Of a DNA stretch of 64,000 nucleotides, positions 61,643 through 64,000 are shown one piece after another. This DNA comes from Mobula hypostoma (Eukaryota): assembly GCF_963921235.1 (NCBI RefSeq), contig NW_026948115.1:248001-312000 (forward strand), written 5' to 3'. A model generated the notes under the pieces. It saw only the letters and a list, made by a program, of their open reading frames with translations. It was not told the DNA's origin and searched no databases. The translations under genes and the position numbers were made by a program. How positions within the stretch are numbered: position 1 is the first letter of the stretch; the number at the start of each line of letters is the position of its first letter.

Positions 61643-61779
61643 CAGGTGCTCGGTCTCATTGTCCAGGCAGCTTGTTGCATCGTCCAGAATGAGGACCTGA
61701 GGGTCTCGAATCAGAGCTCGGGCAATGGCCACTCGCTGCTTCTGTCCCCCCGAGAGTTGTCCCCCCTTTTCACCGGCGT
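61643..61779 (-). CDS. TAP1: TAP1 penultimate exon (signature, Walker B, D-loop)
   Basis: ctgtccacag| ... CTG|gtgagt, 137 bp; [51 protein letters not shown] with Walker B LILDD (not DE) is the TAP1 hallmark. Confidence 0.88.
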
Positions 61780-62394
61780 CTGTGGACAGAGAGGGAGAGT
61801 GTGGTCATGGGGACGTGGGGACTGGGAATTGCTCGATCAGAGCTTCCAGCACATTATACCGGGTGAGGGATTGGTAACACTCACAGCAAATAACTTCCTG
61901 AAAAGCAAACCATTCCTTGTCTTCACCACCTTCTGCCCCAGTGGTTATCACAGTGTGTCAAACCAGTGGTGTCATCACAGTGGTTTATCACAGTGGTTTA
62001 TCACAGCTACTTCGTCACCCACATTCATCCTTTCTTTAGCTCACTCCTCACCTGCACTCTCTCCACCTCAGAACATCAACTCTTCTCAGTCCCTCTTCCA
62101 TCCCCCTCACTCACACTCACCCCCTCAGCCATTTTCACTTCCTCCTCATCCTGGCTCACTCCTCAACCCTATCCCTCACTCACTGCTACCCAACCAGGCA
62201 CCCACTCACTCAGCTCACCCACAATCATTCTTCTTCTCTGTCTCCCGTCAGACCACCTCTCACTCTCCATGTCCTCATTCTCAGTCTCCTCTCAATTCCC
62301 CTCTGTCCACCTCAGTTCTCACTCTGCCCTCCCTCCTCACTACATTCCCTACTCCTCTCTCTAGTCTCTCCTCTCACTTCCCCTCTCTCCCCCT

Positions 62395-64000
62395 CAAGGA
62401 TAAAAAACCCACGATGGGAATCATATATCAGCCTCCAAATAGTAACCAAGATGTGGGGTTGAGATTGCAAACGGAGCTGGAAAGGGCATGGAATAAGGGT
62501 AATGACACAACTGTAATGTGGGACTTCAGTATGCAAGGGGATTGGGAAAGTCGGGAAGGTACTGGATCTCAGGAGAGGGAGTTTGTAGAATGCCTACAGG
62601 ATGGCTTTTTGGAGCAACTTGTCCAGAAGCCCACCAGGGGATCGGCTGTTTTGGATTGGGTGCTGTGTAACAAACCTGAGGCGATTAGGGAGCTGGAGGT
62701 AAAGGAACCTCTTGGAAGTAGTGATCATAATATGACTGAGTTCAGTTTCAAATTTGAAAAGGAGAAGTTGGTATCAGGTGTATCGATATTTCAGTGGAAC
62801 AGGGGAAATTACAGTGGTATGAGAGAGGACTGGCCCAAGTCGATTGGAAAAGTAAACTAAATGGAGGGACGGCAGAGCAGAATTGGATGAAATTCCTACA
62901 AGAAATAAGGAAAATGCAGGAAAAATATATTCCAAGAAAAAAGAAAATCATGAATGGAAAAATGGCACAAATGTGGCTAACGAGAGAGGTTAAGGCAAAA
63001 ATAAAAGTAAAAGAAATGGTGTACAAGGAAGCAAAAATTAGTGGGAAAAATGAGGACTGGAAGACTTTTAAAAACTTACAGAAAGAAACTAAGAAAGTCA
63101 TTAGGAAGGAAAAGATGAATTATGAAAGGAAGTTGGCGATTAACATAAAAAAGGATACTAAGAGTTTTTAAAAATATATGAAGAGTAAAAGAGTGACAAG
63201 GGTAGGTATGGGACCGATTGAAAATGATGCTGGAGTAACTATAATGGAAACAAAGAGATGGCGGAGGAACTGAATGAGTATTTTGCATCAGTCTTCACAG
63301 TGGAAGACATGAGCAATATACCTGATAGCCAGAGGTATCAGGGAATAGAATTAGGTACAGTCAAGATAACTAGAGAGAAAGTGCTTGGGAAGCTAAGTGG
63401 ACTAAGAATAGATAAGTCTCCTGGTCCGGATGAGGTGCACCCAAGGGTTCTGAAGGAGGTGGCCTTTGGAGATTGTGGAAGCATTGGAAATGATCTTCCA
63501 GGAATTAATAGACTCTGGCATGGTTCCGGAGGACTGGAAGGTCGCAAATGTAGTTCCACTATTTAAGAAAGGAAGGAGGCAGCAAAAAGAAAATTACAGA
63601 CCTATTAGTCTGACATCGGTGGTTGGAAAGATATTGGAGTCAATCCTCAAGGACGAGGTTATGAAATACCTCGAGGTGCATGACAAGATAGGCCGAAGCC
63701 AGCATGATTTCATGAAGGAAAGATCCTGCCTTACCAACTTATTGGAATTTTTTGAGGTAATCTCGAATAAGATTGACAAGGGAGAGGCTGTGGATGTTGT
63801 GTATTTGGATTTTCAAAAGGCCTTCGATAAGGTGCCGCATATGAGGCTGCTTAATAAGATGAGAACCCTTGGAATTACAGGAAAGATATTGGAATGGGTG
63901 GAGCATTGGCTGATAGGCAGAAAGCAAAGGGATCCTATTCTGATTGGTTGCCGGTTACTAGTGGTGTTCCGCAGGGGTCGGTGTTGGGGCCGCTTCTTTT
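62395..64000 (+). mobile_element. CR1 (APE end to RT) in a TAP1 intron, running off the window
   Basis: IYQPPNS, DGFLEQLV, SDHNM, SPGPD, NYRPISLTS and FQKAFDKV motifs. Confidence 0.9.

Noticed and set aside
58366-61732. [10 protein letters not shown] and TPTPSQY repeat ORFs resembling mucins or the Pol II CTD
   Set aside because: A 30-bp unit keeps frame trivially. The array is intronic and variants introduce stops; only the 137-bp TAP1 exon is coding.
61622-62860. 412-aa plus-strand ORF
   Set aside because: A chance join of antisense TAP1 exon, low-complexity intron and CR1 endonuclease.

Overview
Vertebrate genomic DNA, most likely from a cartilaginous fish (probably a batoid). That assignment is inferred from the class I tail sequence and the CR1/Rex1/Gypsy repeat content. 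The window is part of an MHC class I region. It holds the 3' half of a classical-type (UAA-like) MHC class I gene on + (alpha3, TM, two cytoplasmic exons, 3' UTR exon; 10.5-13.7 kb), preceded by a >10 kb CT-rich intronic minisatellite. The last two exons of TAP1 lie on - (61.6-61.8 kb and 52.1-52.3 kb), so the two genes converge. The ~38 kb between them is mostly nested retroelements (CR1, Rex1/Babar, Gypsy, SINE, hAT) but hides three notable things. (1) A heavily decayed TAP-family (TAP2-like) pseudogene on +, scattered as collinear pieces at ~18, ~25 and ~30 kb. (2) An orphan MHC-type S-X-Y regulatory module with canonical spacing plus a paired kB site at ~31 kb. (3) A Gypsy LTR element whose pol region is replaced by an intronless RBM25 mRNA fragment fused in frame to its protease. 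All homology calls come from manual reading and remembered family motifs; no database search was run. TE boundaries are approximate unless a target-site duplication (TSD) is quoted.
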